Shown in pieces: positions 63,576 to 64,000 of a stretch of 64,000 bases of DNA. The DNA comes from Bacteroidaceae bacterium (GTDB lineage Bacteria > Bacteroidota > Bacteroidia > Bacteroidales > Bacteroidaceae). The notes beneath the pieces are model-generated. The model did not search any database, was not told where the DNA came from, and was given only the letters and a program-made list of their open reading frames with translations. Each line of letters starts with the position of its first letter. Within the stretch, counting starts at the first letter, position 1. The position numbers were made by a program, and so were the translations under genes. The DNA lies in contig JAGCNZ010000096.1 in NCBI GenBank assembly GCA_017645655.1, positions 24,187 to 88,186 of the forward strand. Reading direction: 5' to 3'.

Positions 63576-63598
63576 TGCCTGAATACTTCACACTCTAC

Positions 63599-63710
63599 AG
63601 CGTGTTTGCAAACGCGGCACGTGATGTTTGAAATTCTCCCACGTGATAAATTGATTTTACCCACGTGATATTTGAAATATTACACGTGATAATTTGATTT
63701 TACCCACGTG
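63599..63710. repeat. CACGTG-core phased repeat array, locus A9
   Basis: Cores AGCGTG 63599, then CACGTG at 63618, 63640, 63662, 63683 and 63705. Spacing 19/22/22/21/22. Confidence 0.85.
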
Positions 63711-63736
63711 ATGTTTCTTCCCCTCGCGAGCGACGT

Positions 63737-64000
63737 CTATAAAAATGCTTGCAGGATAGTCTTCAGGTGACCTTCCTGGTTGATGTCGAGCCAAGCCCCC
63801 TGCAGTCCTTCTCGCTTGGCTGCCTCGACATTCAGGCTCGCGTCGTCGATGAAGAAACACTTTTCCGCAGAGTGTCCAATCCGCTGGGTTGCAAGATGAT
63901 AAATGGCTGGGTCTGGCTTTGCCAAATGAACTTCATGCGAAACAAAGACGTGGTCGAAGAGGTCGGCGCAAGTGTATCCTTCCTCCATGAAGAAGCGCCG
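63737..64000 (-). CDS. HAD-superfamily hydrolase (subfamily IA-like), 5'-truncated by the window edge
   Basis: VSHEVHLAKPDPAIY (motif III Lys) and CFFIDDASLNVEAAKREG (motif IV DD). The frame stays open to position 64000. Confidence 0.6.
   Translation of the reverse strand, partial: RRFFMEEGYTCADLFDHVFVSHEVHLAKPDPAIYHLATQRIGHSAEKCFFIDDASLNVEAAKREGLQGAWLDINQEGHLKTILQAFL

Overview
This window looks like a chromosomal segment of a Bacteroidota genome, probably Prevotellaceae-like. That assignment is an inference from three things: many T9SS C-terminal sorting domains, TAnnTTTG -7 promoter boxes, and BspA-type LRR, TonB-dependent receptor and BlaI/BlaR1 gene content. About 45 genes are supported.

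Core metabolism:
- An ilvD-ilvB-ilvN-thioesterase block, with ilvC separated from it.
- nifJ/PFOR, proS, ribBA, fba, an aspartate-type aminotransferase, mtgA, mtnN and two tandem cstA paralogs.
- One tRNA-Ser(CGA).

Accessory surface and secreted genes:
- GH59 and GH26 glycoside hydrolases.
- Two proteins of about 1190 aa carrying GLUG motifs and T9SS sorting domains; one also has a CotH kinase-like domain.
- BspA-LRR proteins, dockerin-like modules and SGNH hydrolases.
- A locus combining a secreted EEP nuclease, a TonB-dependent receptor and OB-fold-like lipoproteins.

I saw no rRNA, CRISPR array, transposase or integrase.

Most notable observations:
1. A dispersed family of intergenic arrays occurs at nine loci. 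Each is built from 21-22-bp phased units starting with the palindrome CACGTG. Three nearly identical 78-bp copies exist, and two of them lie in inverted orientation around the blaI-blaR1 cassette.
2. An AT-rich island of roughly 5-6 kb splits ilvC from the rest of the ilv operon. It carries a two-gene cassette whose second protein has an RNxxxH (HEPN-like) motif.
3. A candidate extracellular nucleic-acid capture and uptake locus lies at 41.9-50.2 kb.
4. Several smaller oddities: a Cys-rich N-terminal extension on IlvN, a 55-aa sORF coupled by a TAATG overlap to a T9SS giant gene, an Arg/Glu/Met repeat protein, and 7-nt periodic AT-rich spacers at gene junctions.

The ORF track uses TTG and GTG starts as well as ATG, so several starts were moved to a downstream ATG where a signal peptide or promoter box supports it.
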